From a virus, in IMG/VR virus record IMGVR_UViG_3300009103_002187, positions 15,765-79,764 of that record: 64,000 bases of DNA. One strand, written 5' to 3'. The translations under genes were made by a program, and so were the position numbers. The notes under the pieces were generated by a model that was not told the DNA's origin, ran no database searches, and saw only the letters and a list, made by a program, of their open reading frames with translations. Positions 9,454 to 19,239 of this stretch are shown piece after piece; the stretch's first letter is position 1, and every line of letters begins with the position of its first letter.

Positions 9454-10259
9454 CCTACTAGAATTCCCCCTACTATCTCTCGAAGCATTGCCTCTTGTGT
9501 GTTTCTTTTTAGCATTAAATCTAGCACGCGATCCTTATCCTCAGGCGTGTAAATCGCTGGGAGAAAATCGCGGACATTCTCTCGTTCCATCGTCCGAATT
9601 TGGCTTCCTCGCACAGTGATCTTTCTAATCATGTCAGCCTTAAGCTGTGGAGATAGATAAGGCAGCTCATCTCGATAAGCTGTTAGATCGCCGGACTCGA
9701 TGGCACACTGTGCTTTTAGAAGTCGATTCATGGTCTGATCTGGCTCCTGGCCCGAGTCCGTTCGAAACTCTCTGAGAATCGAGGTTCCCTCCAGGCGAGT
9801 GTAGATCTTTAGATCCTTTCTGCCTCCGTAAATTGTTAGACCCACATGAGTCGGATCCACATTTGGGATGTTAAATTGAGAAAGAACCTCACTTTTAGTC
9901 GTCCCATGATTGACCTCATCGATTACACCCCGGACTATCTGGAAGACGTCACCGATCGGTGTTGACTTACCTATCTCACCTGTGCTCTTTTTTGGGGGCC
10001 CTGGTAGAACAGGAAATCTCGCATAGACAAGCTTGGGCAATGTCTGTTTTAGCCGATAGGTGATCCCTGTCCACCCATCATGACCTTCCCACATCTTTTC
10101 CACTGCCTTGTCAGTGATCTCCACCCCGGCACCTTTCTTTCGACCTGCACCTCCAATGATCAGGATCACACCGTCATTTTCTCGATGTGCTAGGACAAGC
10201 TTGGCAAAATGGCCAGAGTGAAAGGGCTTAAAGCCTCCAGTAAAGATTCCAATATTCAT
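9450..10259 (-). CDS. HIGH-superfamily cytidylyltransferase-like protein
   Basis: GGFKPFHSGH motif; RGSQIR resembles the SxTxxR motif. Confidence 0.75.
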   Translation of the reverse strand: MNIGIFTGGFKPFHSGHFAKLVLAHRENDGVILIIGGAGRKKGAGVEITDKAVEKMWEGHDGWTGITYRLKQTLPKLVYARFPVLPGPPKKSTGEIGKSTPIGDVFQIVRGVIDEVNHGTTKSEVLSQFNIPNVDPTHVGLTIYGGRKDLKIYTRLEGTSILREFRTDSGQEPDQTMNRLLKAQCAIESGDLTAYRDELPYLSPQLKADMIRKITVRGSQIRTMERENVRDFLPAIYTPEDKDRVLDLMLKRNTQEAMLREIVGGILVG

Positions 10260-10903
10260 TCCTTCTCCTTGTTTTGATTTTCAATTAGTTGATATATCCT
10301 TGCCACCAATCCCGAAAGATTTTCCAAATTCAATCTTGCATCAATGGTTACCACATTGTCCTCGTCCACATCCAATTTACACCATCGATCCAAAAGTGTC
10401 AGAGGATCATCCAGTGGAAGTTGAGAGATCTTCTCAACTGAGACTGGTGTAAAGTCCCACATGTCCACACAAACATTTACTCTCTTTCCTGAAATTGGTC
10501 TTCCTGTGTGAATATGACCGTGAATTTGTAGATCATAGTTTGCAACCAGGTCGTGTGGCATAGGATAATGACAGATAAAAACTCGTCGATCATCAGGTAA
10601 CTGATAATCCAGTGCATAGTGAACTTCGTCAAATCCTGACTTCAACATCTTAGACACACTACTATCGTGATTTCCCTTGATCAAGATCTTTCTACCGTTC
10701 AACTGTTTTACTATCTCGGTGCCCTTTTGAGAACCACAAAGAAAAACATCACCAACGACATAGACTGTATCATCATTTGACACAGTTTTATTCCATCTCT
10801 TGATAATTTCATTGTTCATCTCATCAACTGTTTCAAAGGGCCTTCCGCAATACCTGATAATATTTTCATGACCAAAATGCATGTCTGAAGTAAAATAGTC
10901 CAT
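10256..10903 (-). CDS. calcineurin-like metallophosphoesterase
   Basis: SDMHFGH, GD, GNHD, HGHIH motifs. Confidence 0.9.
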   Translation of the reverse strand: MDYFTSDMHFGHENIIRYCGRPFETVDEMNNEIIKRWNKTVSNDDTVYVVGDVFLCGSQKGTEIVKQLNGRKILIKGNHDSSVSKMLKSGFDEVHYALDYQLPDDRRVFICHYPMPHDLVANYDLQIHGHIHTGRPISGKRVNVCVDMWDFTPVSVEKISQLPLDDPLTLLDRWCKLDVDEDNVVTIDARLNLENLSGLVARIYQLIENQNKEKE

Positions 10904-10908
10904 TGTTC

Positions 10909-11880
10909 CTACAAAAAAGACAGATAAACTCTGCCTCTAACAGCTTGATTCAAGGCATGAAGATAATCTAGCTTTTTCTTTGACGCTCCAAATTTTTTCT
11001 TCTTTTCAATTGATTTATCAAGACGATTGCTAAAATCATTGTATAGATCATGCAAAAATATATCAGCATAATCAATCACTTTGGCGTCAGCGAGAGTTCT
11101 AGATAGACCATTAATTCCTTTTGCAAGATCATCTAGATCAATAGCATCAGGATTAACACCAGGGTTCTCTGTAAGCAATCTGTTCCTTGGCGTTCCACCT
11201 TCCAATAGATAGTTTGCGATGTCAGTCAAGAAGCTTCTAGGATTAACAGAGATCATTTCTAAATCAAAATTCTTTCGACACCTCGTTGAAACTCTTTTTC
11301 CTTTTCGAACTTTTGCAGTCACACCCTCTGTTCCAATGCTTATCGTAAGTGCTGCACCCAGTGCCGCATAAAGATTACCCATGATGTAACCTTTCAATCC
11401 CCTCTCGGGACAGTATCTCGCCCGCATCCAATCTTGATAACGAGGGAATGTCATCACCATGTCAACCTGAACATATCTTTCATCAGGTAGTTTCATAATT
11501 GCCATAGTTGGAGATGATCGCAACGTCTCTATGATGTCAACAATCTCAGGCTTGCGCTCCTCAACAAACTTAGCAAAGTCTGATTCATACGCAGCTTTAA
11601 TTCGATTTTCTTCTTTGCGCCTCTCCCACTCTGTTCCTTGAAAATCTCGAGGAAAAGGAAGACTAACTAGATAGTCAACATCACCGTATGCAACATCATT
11701 GCGCTCCTCAAAGTCTATCATGCTATAAGCTGATGATCCCACAGCCTGGAGAGGACAAATCTCTGCCTCCCTAAGCTCTCGCCAATCATAAATCAGCTTC
11801 TTATATAGACTAATAGACTCTAGCGCGATCGACGGCGTGATGACAGTCGTCCGCGTCTTTTGTGATTTCAAACCACCCAT
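10909..11880 (-). CDS. Pol-beta-like nucleotidyltransferase
   Basis: VGSS...YGDVDYLV and YVQVDMV; resembles the N-domain of 5602..8163. Confidence 0.7.
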   Translation of the reverse strand: MGGLKSQKTRTTVITPSIALESISLYKKLIYDWRELREAEICPLQAVGSSAYSMIDFEERNDVAYGDVDYLVSLPFPRDFQGTEWERRKEENRIKAAYESDFAKFVEERKPEIVDIIETLRSSPTMAIMKLPDERYVQVDMVMTFPRYQDWMRARYCPERGLKGYIMGNLYAALGAALTISIGTEGVTAKVRKGKRVSTRCRKNFDLEMISVNPRSFLTDIANYLLEGGTPRNRLLTENPGVNPDAIDLDDLAKGINGLSRTLADAKVIDYADIFLHDLYNDFSNRLDKSIEKKKKFGASKKKLDYLHALNQAVRGRVYLSFL

Positions 11881-11896
11881 ATCTCACCTTATGATC

Positions 11897-11924
11897 ATTA
11901 TACCACATGATCAAGAGGTTTACA
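11897..11924 (-). promoter_or_regulatory. putative early/middle promoter TGTAAA-N16-TATAAT
   Basis: same motif and spacing at 35406-35433 and 62704-62731. Confidence 0.65.
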
Positions 11925-12215
11925 TTAAAAATCGGATTCTTCTATCAAACCTTTATTGACGCCAGCTCTTAGTGCCTTTTTTCTAAGAAATCGAAGACTT
12001 TCTAAACATCGAGTAATCCGATCTCTTTCTTTTCTATCTCTCTGGGGTAACTGGTGTCGGATCGACTTCAACTCTGTGATAATCTTATCATAATCATCTA
12101 CGTGTGCAGAAGAACCAAATTCCACCTCTGAGCCTTCAAAGGTATGATATCTTCGCTCTCTAGACTCATTAATAACACTCTGAATCAGAGTTCTCAAATC
12201 TTTTTTCGATAACAT
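11925..12215 (-). CDS. small tag-bearing hypothetical protein
   Basis: MLSKKDLRTLIQSVINES; ATAATTA at 12235-12241. Confidence 0.7.
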   Translation of the reverse strand: MLSKKDLRTLIQSVINESRERRYHTFEGSEVEFGSSAHVDDYDKIITELKSIRHQLPQRDRKERDRITRCLESLRFLRKKALRAGVNKGLIEESDF

Positions 12216-12264
12216 TATAATTTACCTCGCAGAATAATTATTCCTTCGCAAAGTAAACTTCAGA

Positions 12265-12546
12265 TCAATCACTCTTCTTTGATCTTCCCTTCTTGCGTTT
12301 ATTAGAGCGATCATCTCTCTTTTCTTTTAGTCCCTTTTTTGATCTTTTTTTCTCTTCTAATGACTCAATCATCATGTGAAGTCGTTGTCTTTCCTTAACA
12401 GCCCCGACATCTCTGCCAAGGCGCTGATCAAGCAGGGCAATCTGCTGCACTGGGCTTCTTTTAGCTCGCTCTTCAGCGAGAACACTTGCTCTATTTTGAA
12501 GCTCTGCTCGTCGAGCATGCCCCCTATTAATACGTGATCTAGGCAT
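12265..12546 (-). CDS. small basic (Arg/Lys-rich) protein
   Basis: 93 aa, GAGGA RBS. Confidence 0.7.
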   Translation of the reverse strand: MPRSRINRGHARRAELQNRASVLAEERAKRSPVQQIALLDQRLGRDVGAVKERQRLHMMIESLEEKKRSKKGLKEKRDDRSNKRKKGRSKKSD

Positions 12547-12560
12547 TTGTCATCCTCATG

Positions 12561-12791
12561 TTAGCTATTTTGCTCTTTGACTGATTTATTTAAAGCGTTC
12601 TCAACAGCGGTGTGAATAAATTTTCGTATATCATCATCAGATGGTGTTGCTGACGAGGGTAAACCTAAAGAAGACTTGACTACTTCTAAGAATTCTTCAT
12701 TTAATTCTACCTCAAGATTTCCACCTCTGGGTAGATCAATAGACCGAAACGTCTGCTCTTTTTCATTGTGAAATTTTATAGTGTCGCTCAT
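12561..12791 (-). CDS. hypothetical protein
   Basis: 76-aa ORF directly after TAAACA-N16-TATAAT. Confidence 0.65.
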   Translation of the reverse strand: MSDTIKFHNEKEQTFRSIDLPRGGNLEVELNEEFLEVVKSSLGLPSSATPSDDDIRKFIHTAVENALNKSVKEQNS

Positions 12792-12828
12792 ATAAAAATT
12801 ATATTATCGCACGACCTAATGTTTAAGT

Positions 12829-13542
12829 TTATGATCTTAAGATTGACAGCTCTCTCCGAACAGCTTCTTTCTGCTGGGACTCTCCCACCTTAATCGGAAC
12901 TGGTGGAGAGGTATCTTCTTTTCCCGGGCTCTTTGAAGCTGCCTTTTTTGTAGGTGCTGACTTACTTTTAGCAACCTTCTTCTCTCTCTTCTTGGGATCA
13001 GGTGCTGAGACCTTTGTCTGGGATGTCATCTCAATTCGTCCAGGTTTGTCATCGGGTTGGGGAACAGAATTGCCATCTGCACCTGCTGTCACAATATTCT
13101 TAATTGAATTTAAAAACTTGTAAAGTGCAATTCTCTCAGGCTCATCCATGTCTTCATAATACTCGATTAACTCCATCTTAATATCAGAATCTTTCAATGA
13201 TCGCCCTGATCGGATATCATTGATTAGATCACGAATATCATTAAACTTAATCTCCTCGGGCATGTTATCAACAGGCTTCTGTTCCGGAGATGCTTCTTGT
13301 TTCTCAGGCTCAGGAGATGCCTGTTCAACATCCTCTTCGCGAACATCTGACTCTGACTCCCGATGAGGGCTGTCAACTTGGCCAGAAATCTTTTTTGACA
13401 TCGCCATTTGATCTTGACGTGCAGATGTGTAATCATCTTCAGGAACGTCAATGGCACTTTTTGCCCTAGAAACAGACTCCTCAGCAATTAATCTGAGAAA
13501 AGTCTCGAGATTTCGCTTAGAAGTAATTTTTATCTTTTTCAT
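12829..13542 (-). CDS. tag-bearing hypothetical (putative head) protein
   Basis: MKKIKITSKRNLETFLRLIAEE; terminal EAVRRELSIL. Confidence 0.7.
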   Translation of the reverse strand: MKKIKITSKRNLETFLRLIAEESVSRAKSAIDVPEDDYTSARQDQMAMSKKISGQVDSPHRESESDVREEDVEQASPEPEKQEASPEQKPVDNMPEEIKFNDIRDLINDIRSGRSLKDSDIKMELIEYYEDMDEPERIALYKFLNSIKNIVTAGADGNSVPQPDDKPGRIEMTSQTKVSAPDPKKREKKVAKSKSAPTKKAASKSPGKEDTSPPVPIKVGESQQKEAVRRELSILRS

Positions 13543-13745
13543 TTCTTATTCCCACGACGCTGCCATACAACCCGATTTTGAGGGCGCTCACGATAAAGTT
13601 TGTTATAACGACGCTGAGGTAACGCATCTTGATCCTCTGCGTATTCCTTTATCTTCTCTTTGTGCGTAACCTCACGAGTTGCGATATCATCAACAAACTT
13701 GTCAAAATTGAACTCTACTTCTTCTAAATTTTTCTTATTGCTCAT
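13539..13745 (-). CDS. hypothetical protein
   Basis: 68 aa, GAGGAG RBS, ATGA overlap with the next gene. Confidence 0.7.
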   Translation of the reverse strand: MSNKKNLEEVEFNFDKFVDDIATREVTHKEKIKEYAEDQDALPQRRYNKLYRERPQNRVVWQRRGNKK

Positions 13746-13763
13746 AACGATGTCTCCTCAATA

Positions 13764-14150
13764 TTATTTATCTTGTTCATAAAGAAGTGTTATGTCAACA
13801 GCAGCTTCTTCATCTCCGTGCATCACATTTACTTCAAATTTAGAATCTGACGCATTAATCTCTTCAATTATCTCTCGGCCAGTTCCTAAGATTTTTACAG
13901 TATGAAAAGTTTCACCAAGGATAAAAGGCCGTGTGTCTTCCTTTGTTGTTAAGCTTAGAGTTCTCGATTGATCTTTGTTTACAATTCCTGACAACGCACC
14001 TGAAATAGTCACATTGTCAAATAAGACCTCACACGAGTAAACTGCCTGTTTTGATTCTTCGCCCATTAACAATTCAGGAGTGATCCTATCTGTTAAAGAA
14101 TCACTCATAATCAAAACGTCGTTATCTGCACCTTCAATCTTAAAACTCAC
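13764..14150 (-). CDS. hypothetical protein
   Basis: 128-aa ORF in operon. Confidence 0.65.
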   Translation of the reverse strand: MSFKIEGADNDVLIMSDSLTDRITPELLMGEESKQAVYSCEVLFDNVTISGALSGIVNKDQSRTLSLTTKEDTRPFILGETFHTVKILGTGREIIEEINASDSKFEVNVMHGDEEAAVDITLLYEQDK

Positions 14151-14577
14151 GCTCTTTCCTTTTATTCAAAATTAATTTTCTAGTTTGAATTACATCACTA
14201 TAAATTTGATCAACAGATTTTGAGTATTCTAAATCTAGCTCAGTAACCTCATCTAAATCGTGTGTATACACCTCGACCCTAACAACATCTGAGTCAATTT
14301 GCAAAAATCCGTGGTGATCAGTCTCATCTTGATGCTCAAGAACAAATGCAACAAACTTACGAAGATCTTTGTAAAATTTAAACTTAAAAGATCTTCTAAT
14401 CCTATTGGGTGACTCTAACATTTCCCATTTGGACTCTCCAACCTGTAAAGGCAGGCCGTTATCTACTTCTTCTTTAGAATATGCACCGAAAGTCTTAAGT
14501 ACTATCTCAGAAGAATCTGATGATTCAAATAAACCGTTATTCTTGAATATTCTTGATACTGTTCTATTCTTAAGCAT
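14140..14577 (-). CDS. phhB: pterin-4-alpha-carbinolamine dehydratase-like protein
   Basis: W...I.RSFKF..Y....FV, DHH, YTHD and VTELD motifs. Confidence 0.8.
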   Translation of the reverse strand: MLKNRTVSRIFKNNGLFESSDSSEIVLKTFGAYSKEEVDNGLPLQVGESKWEMLESPNRIRRSFKFKFYKDLRKFVAFVLEHQDETDHHGFLQIDSDVVRVEVYTHDLDEVTELDLEYSKSVDQIYSDVIQTRKLILNKRKEREF

Positions 14578-15952
14578 TCTTAGCGCCGCGCCCTTGTTTT
14601 GCGTATAACTTGTCAAGCTTATTACCAAATGCGCCTTTCAAGATTTTAGCAACAACTTGATCTGGTATCAGATGATATTGATCAATCACATCTTGCAAGA
14701 TCAAGCCTTGTATGGGATTGTTTGTGCTGTGAGGTCGCTTGACTCTCTTTCCATGCTTTTTTGGGCTGGCAAATGTGTGCCACTTTGCCTGAAGATGCCT
14801 TGCATCCTTTATCTCCTTATCGTACATCTCCTTGTAGAGGCCTTGCGCAAACAGCTTAAAAGCAGCCAAATAAGCTGAATGATCTGGGCCTTTCCCCACC
14901 TTGAGATCGCTTAATCCTGTCTTGCCGCCATCGGGTAATACTTCCTCTACAGCTGGGTTTATTCCTATCACAAGATCTCTAAAGATCGTAAATGTTACAG
15001 CCTCAATATTATGCGCAGTTCCAAATTTTTCCATATCATATACAATAGGTAGCTTTTTACCAGGTGGGGGCAGATCTCCCAAGAGCTTTAGGTCGTCGTA
15101 GATAATATTTCGAACATTATTGAGACCCGTTCCAATCTCTTGCGCAATGAGCTTAATTAAATCTCCTAAATTCATTCTTCTAACAATGTCTGGCGTTAGC
15201 TTTTCAGCGCCCAGCTCAGCAGACACATGATTAGCCAAGGCTACCCCTGTCGCTTCCTCAACAGGGTTTAGATCGTATTCATGACCGGGTGGCAAGTCTT
15301 CTATATTACCCCTGGCCTCACCACTGTCCCCTTCAGCAGCTCCTGGGTCATCAAGATCAGACAAGTCTTCTGACCCTGGCGTGTATGATCCAAGCGCCTC
15401 CAAGGCTTCAGGATCCTGCTCTGCTGCCATGATCTCTTCATGGGATGGGGCACCCCATTCATCCTCGTCTTTTTTCTTGTCTTTCCATCGATGTTGAGAT
15501 CCCATGGGCTCGTCACCCCACCTTGCACCGGGTCGCCATTCTGGATCACCTGGCTGTGGAATCATCCCAGGGCCGACTTCGATCAAAATCTTTCGAATTG
15601 CTGCTCGAAGATGGGATTCATTTTGATTCTTTTGTCTGGCTCTTTTTCTAGCATTTCTTGCCACTCGTTTTACCTGTCGCTTAACCTTGTCAGACTCATC
15701 CTCAGGTACCTGAGATAAAACAGATATTAAAGATTGAACTAGCTCATCTTCACTAGACAGCGGGTCACCTCCCAAACTGGGCTTCTCTTTCGCCTTTTTA
15801 AGGGGTTGAACATCCATAGTTTCATCAGGTTGCACGGGTGGTTCATTTATGACTCTCGGCGCTGATTTGTCACCGGTACTTTTTTCCTTCCCCGCGTCCA
15901 AAAATTCCTGAATAATTTGGCGTACGGCACTCTTTTTAACAACTACTTTCAT
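14570..15952 (-). CDS. tag-bearing hypothetical (putative head) protein
   Basis: MKVVVKKSAVRQIIQE and NESHLRAAIRKILIE; ATATTTA at 15987-15993. Confidence 0.7.
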   Translation of the reverse strand: MKVVVKKSAVRQIIQEFLDAGKEKSTGDKSAPRVINEPPVQPDETMDVQPLKKAKEKPSLGGDPLSSEDELVQSLISVLSQVPEDESDKVKRQVKRVARNARKRARQKNQNESHLRAAIRKILIEVGPGMIPQPGDPEWRPGARWGDEPMGSQHRWKDKKKDEDEWGAPSHEEIMAAEQDPEALEALGSYTPGSEDLSDLDDPGAAEGDSGEARGNIEDLPPGHEYDLNPVEEATGVALANHVSAELGAEKLTPDIVRRMNLGDLIKLIAQEIGTGLNNVRNIIYDDLKLLGDLPPPGKKLPIVYDMEKFGTAHNIEAVTFTIFRDLVIGINPAVEEVLPDGGKTGLSDLKVGKGPDHSAYLAAFKLFAQGLYKEMYDKEIKDARHLQAKWHTFASPKKHGKRVKRPHSTNNPIQGLILQDVIDQYHLIPDQVVAKILKGAFGNKLDKLYAKQGRGAKNA

Positions 15953-16022
15953 TATAGCACCCTCAAGATAAATAACTTTCAATCTATAAATATTGAGGGA
16001 AAATTATTAATACAATCAATCA

Positions 16023-16493
16023 CTAATCTATTTGTCCCAATGTCCATCCCGCAGCAGCAGTCACCAAGACGCCTCCTACTATGCCTAAGCCAAACCACAA
16101 ACCATTATCAGGCCTAGAAGACTTTAAAAGCTGATCATTTAGAAATTCGATTTGTCCATTTTTAATCTCAAGGATATCACTATGCATCGTTTGACACGAA
16201 GTCAATGATGCTGCTATCGAATCAATCTCAAGCTGCATCTGTGCTGACTGAAGACCTATCTGCCTATCAATCTCAAGCTGGCACGTTTCTTGTGTATACT
16301 CTAAGTCAATCACCAACTGTGCTGCAGCTTCCACACTAAAAAGTGTACCTGAAAATGGGGCTGCGTCTCCCTCATCTAACGTCACAATCGATGCTCCATC
16401 CCACGTAGGTGGATCAGCTAATACTGGTGCAGCAACTAAAAATGAGCAAAGGTATAAGCTTAAAACCTTGCACCAGATGTTATCAAATCTCAT
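16023..16493 (-). CDS. envelope protein (signal peptide, coiled coil, C-terminal TM), spanin-like candidate
   Basis: N-terminal signal ending VLA-D; C-terminal LWFGLGIVGGVLVTAAAGW. Confidence 0.6.
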   Translation of the reverse strand: MRFDNIWCKVLSLYLCSFLVAAPVLADPPTWDGASIVTLDEGDAAPFSGTLFSVEAAAQLVIDLEYTQETCQLEIDRQIGLQSAQMQLEIDSIAASLTSCQTMHSDILEIKNGQIEFLNDQLLKSSRPDNGLWFGLGIVGGVLVTAAAGWTLGQID

Positions 16494-16544
16494 TATTACC
16501 TCACAAATCAATAAATTATTCTATCTTTGTGAGATTACGTTAAA

Positions 16545-17606
16545 TCAATCTTGGAGCAATCCTGCAAGTCGTTGCCATCGCTCCATGATTAAATTGTCAG
16601 ACTTTTTCGTCCCCTCTTCAACTGGGTCGAAAGGAAGCGACACATTAAACTTACCTGATTCAAGACCTGTATAAATTGCTGACTTAGTCGCATCCTGATC
16701 TGGGCCCATAGTCTTGTGATCAACCTGGGGCATATCAGCTCGAGCAGGTGCTCCTGAGTTAGAAGGAATATCGCTTAAATTGCCTGCAACCTTTTTCGAA
16801 ATTGCATCGATAACAGTTTCGTGGTCAGCACCCATCTCAAATCCTGCCCACTCAGCAACTTTCTGACTCTGTGCTGCTGCTGATAAAAACTCATTATTTA
16901 ACAATGCACCCGGTGCGTTTGGATCAGTCTGATTTCCAACATTATCCTTGATCATCTGCTCGATGGTCTCAGAAGACGCTCCCAAAATATTCGTGGGAAA
17001 AGGATCGCTCTCTGACGGTTGGGGTAGATCTGGCGCTTTATGCGCAGCAACTGCTAGCTGTGTCGCAGCCAGCTTTTCCTCCGTGCCGCCTGGAAGATCC
17101 AAATCTCGAGCTACTATCTTTCCGCCACCCTCTTTTCCTAAGATTCCCCAAACACCGGACCACCGGTGATGACCATCCATAACCTCATTGCCTGATACTG
17201 AAATCTCTCCATGTCCCATCTTTTTAGTCAATAAATTCTCAAGCGCACCAATGCTAGAAAGGGGAAAGCTTACAGACTTCATTAGGTCAATCTCTCGCTG
17301 TGTAGGAATAAGCCCGCCAACGTCTATAGAGGAAGCTCCCCCAATATCAACGACATCATCTTCAACCTTATTGTCATAATCACCCTGTAGAACTGTTTTT
17401 AACAAATCGTCATCTGCAGTATTTACCAGACTTCTCACAGCAGCAGGTCCTGCCTTGACAGCAGCAGCCACCTGATCATCAAGCTCTTCAGCAGTTTCTG
17501 CCTCAAAAATTAGAGAAGTAATCGAAGAGACCCTTGTTTCTCCAGCAAGCTCTTCCTGGATTAGCCTTCGAATTCCAGCTCTTAACTTTTTCTCACTAAA
17601 ACCCAC
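16545..17606 (-). CDS. ParB/Srx-like domain protein with both tags
   Basis: LIPTQREI...MDGHHRW; LRAGIRRLIQEE; ERWQRLAGL. Confidence 0.7.
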   Translation of the reverse strand: MGFSEKKLRAGIRRLIQEELAGETRVSSITSLIFEAETAEELDDQVAAAVKAGPAAVRSLVNTADDDLLKTVLQGDYDNKVEDDVVDIGGASSIDVGGLIPTQREIDLMKSVSFPLSSIGALENLLTKKMGHGEISVSGNEVMDGHHRWSGVWGILGKEGGGKIVARDLDLPGGTEEKLAATQLAVAAHKAPDLPQPSESDPFPTNILGASSETIEQMIKDNVGNQTDPNAPGALLNNEFLSAAAQSQKVAEWAGFEMGADHETVIDAISKKVAGNLSDIPSNSGAPARADMPQVDHKTMGPDQDATKSAIYTGLESGKFNVSLPFDPVEEGTKKSDNLIMERWQRLAGLLQD

Positions 17607-17613
17607 AGTGATA

Positions 17614-18780
17614 TCACCCCTTTAAGGTTCCAGCAATCTTCTGCCATCTCTCAAAGATAAATCGATCGGAAGTTTTATTTTCTAGAGACTCATCTTTTTT
17701 TGGAACGCCTTTCTGCCCTCTGCCAAACGCATTTGCGACTGATACCAACAATGGGATCAATGTTTCTGCATCGCCCTTGACACTGTGTACCCCTGAATGA
17801 GTCAAAGAACCGCCTGTCGCAATTCTGGCTCCTGACCATCGGTGGTGCCCGTCAAGAATTTCATTACCTGAAGTTACAAACGCTCCGCCCATATCAGATA
17901 GATCATTAACTTTCCTACCATGCAAAAATGCAAACAGGAGTGATTTTCCAGCTAAAATATTACTTTGAGTCGGCTCCATCTGCCCATTATTCAAAGTTCC
18001 GTTAATTCCCACCTCAATTTGATCGTCAGCTCGAGTTCCATCAAGCTGCCCCTTTGTAAGAAAAGCCAAGGCTTTTCCTACCAACTCTTGTCGAGTTGCT
18101 GCAGTCTGCTTTTCACCTCTCAAAGGTGCGCCAGGCATTTGTGAATTTCCAAACCGAGGAAATCTATCTTCAAAAATTGCAGAAGCTAACCTAGAATAAC
18201 CTTCTTCTTTTTTGTCAGGCTCATTGGGAACTTCCCCCTTTTCAAAAGCTGCCCTATCTTCATCAGAAAGATCACTAAACCATTTTTCAAAGTTAGCTTG
18301 ATTACCAGCATCTGGCGATTCAATATCAACTGTATACTCTCCTCCCGGAGAAAGTGCATCTGCTACCTCATCGGCATCACCTCCCTCGAGAGCGGGCATA
18401 TCTTTTTTAGCCGGAGCATTGCTTGGTAACTTGCTAGAAACATCCTTAATGCGCTTCTCTAGAGTAGATTGACCTATTTCATTTGCCCAAGCTGCAAGAC
18501 CTTTTGGGCCACCAGCTTTTTCAAATGCACCTGGTGACCATCTCGTTGCAGTCGCGATGGCCTGAACTAATGGTGCATTCTCATCGCCTGAGGTTAGCTG
18601 CTTCCAAGTGTCAGGATGCTTTAGATCTTTAATATTGGTCATCGTGCTCACCGCATTATAACCACCGGGATTTGGCTCTGGTTCAGCTGGATTATCTTTA
18701 CCTTCCGCCTCAGCTAAAAAACGATATGGATCATACGAATTTCGAACAAGTCTCTCAAAAAGATCTCGACGTTGGGTCAT
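17614..18780 (-). CDS. ParB/Srx-like domain protein (paralog of the adjacent gene)
   Basis: MEPTQSNI...ILDGHHRW; ERWQKIAGT; ATATTTA at 18817-18823. Confidence 0.7.
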   Translation of the reverse strand: MTQRRDLFERLVRNSYDPYRFLAEAEGKDNPAEPEPNPGGYNAVSTMTNIKDLKHPDTWKQLTSGDENAPLVQAIATATRWSPGAFEKAGGPKGLAAWANEIGQSTLEKRIKDVSSKLPSNAPAKKDMPALEGGDADEVADALSPGGEYTVDIESPDAGNQANFEKWFSDLSDEDRAAFEKGEVPNEPDKKEEGYSRLASAIFEDRFPRFGNSQMPGAPLRGEKQTAATRQELVGKALAFLTKGQLDGTRADDQIEVGINGTLNNGQMEPTQSNILAGKSLLFAFLHGRKVNDLSDMGGAFVTSGNEILDGHHRWSGARIATGGSLTHSGVHSVKGDAETLIPLLVSVANAFGRGQKGVPKKDESLENKTSDRFIFERWQKIAGTLKG

Positions 18781-18837
18781 TCTCTAGTCCTCTATATAAA
18801 GTTACTTTGACAAAGGTAAATATTATCTAGAGAAACA

Positions 18838-19239
18838 TTATTCCACATGGATTTTAAAACCAGTGATCTCTGAAAGCCTCTTGGTGATTTCATCAGCTGA
18901 TTGATCTGATTTTAAGAGATTCTCAATTTCCTTTCTCTTTTGATCATTAAGATCTTTTTGCTCTGCTCGATATGACTCTTCAACCTTTAGCATCACCTCA
19001 ATCGCTCTTTTTTGTGCCTGATCTCTTAGTTCAATCTCTTTCTGATGCGCTCTTTCTAAGGCTTCTAATTCCTTTTCATAATCCTCGCGAGTTCTTTCTA
19101 ACACCTTAGATAAGTTGGGCGGCCGCCTTGTTATGAGAAAAAGAACAACTGGAACAGCCATTCCAACAAATAGCTGCCAGTTTTTCTTAGTCCACGCCCA
19201 GCATTTACGCAGGGTTAACAAGGTGGCCGCCCAGGTCAT
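18838..19239 (-). CDS. membrane-anchored coiled-coil protein (i-spanin-like candidate)
   Basis: single N-terminal TM followed by a charged heptad region. Confidence 0.55.
   Translation of the reverse strand: MTWAATLLTLRKCWAWTKKNWQLFVGMAVPVVLFLITRRPPNLSKVLERTREDYEKELEALERAHQKEIELRDQAQKRAIEVMLKVEESYRAEQKDLNDQKRKEIENLLKSDQSADEITKRLSEITGFKIHVE

Noticed and set aside
5602-11880. CBASS-type defence operon
   Set aside because: No recognisable SAVED, patatin, TM effector or Cap2/Cap3; the NTases lack evident CD-NTase features beyond the generic core
16545-18780. ParABS partition system
   Set aside because: No ParA, HTH domain or parS-like repeats seen
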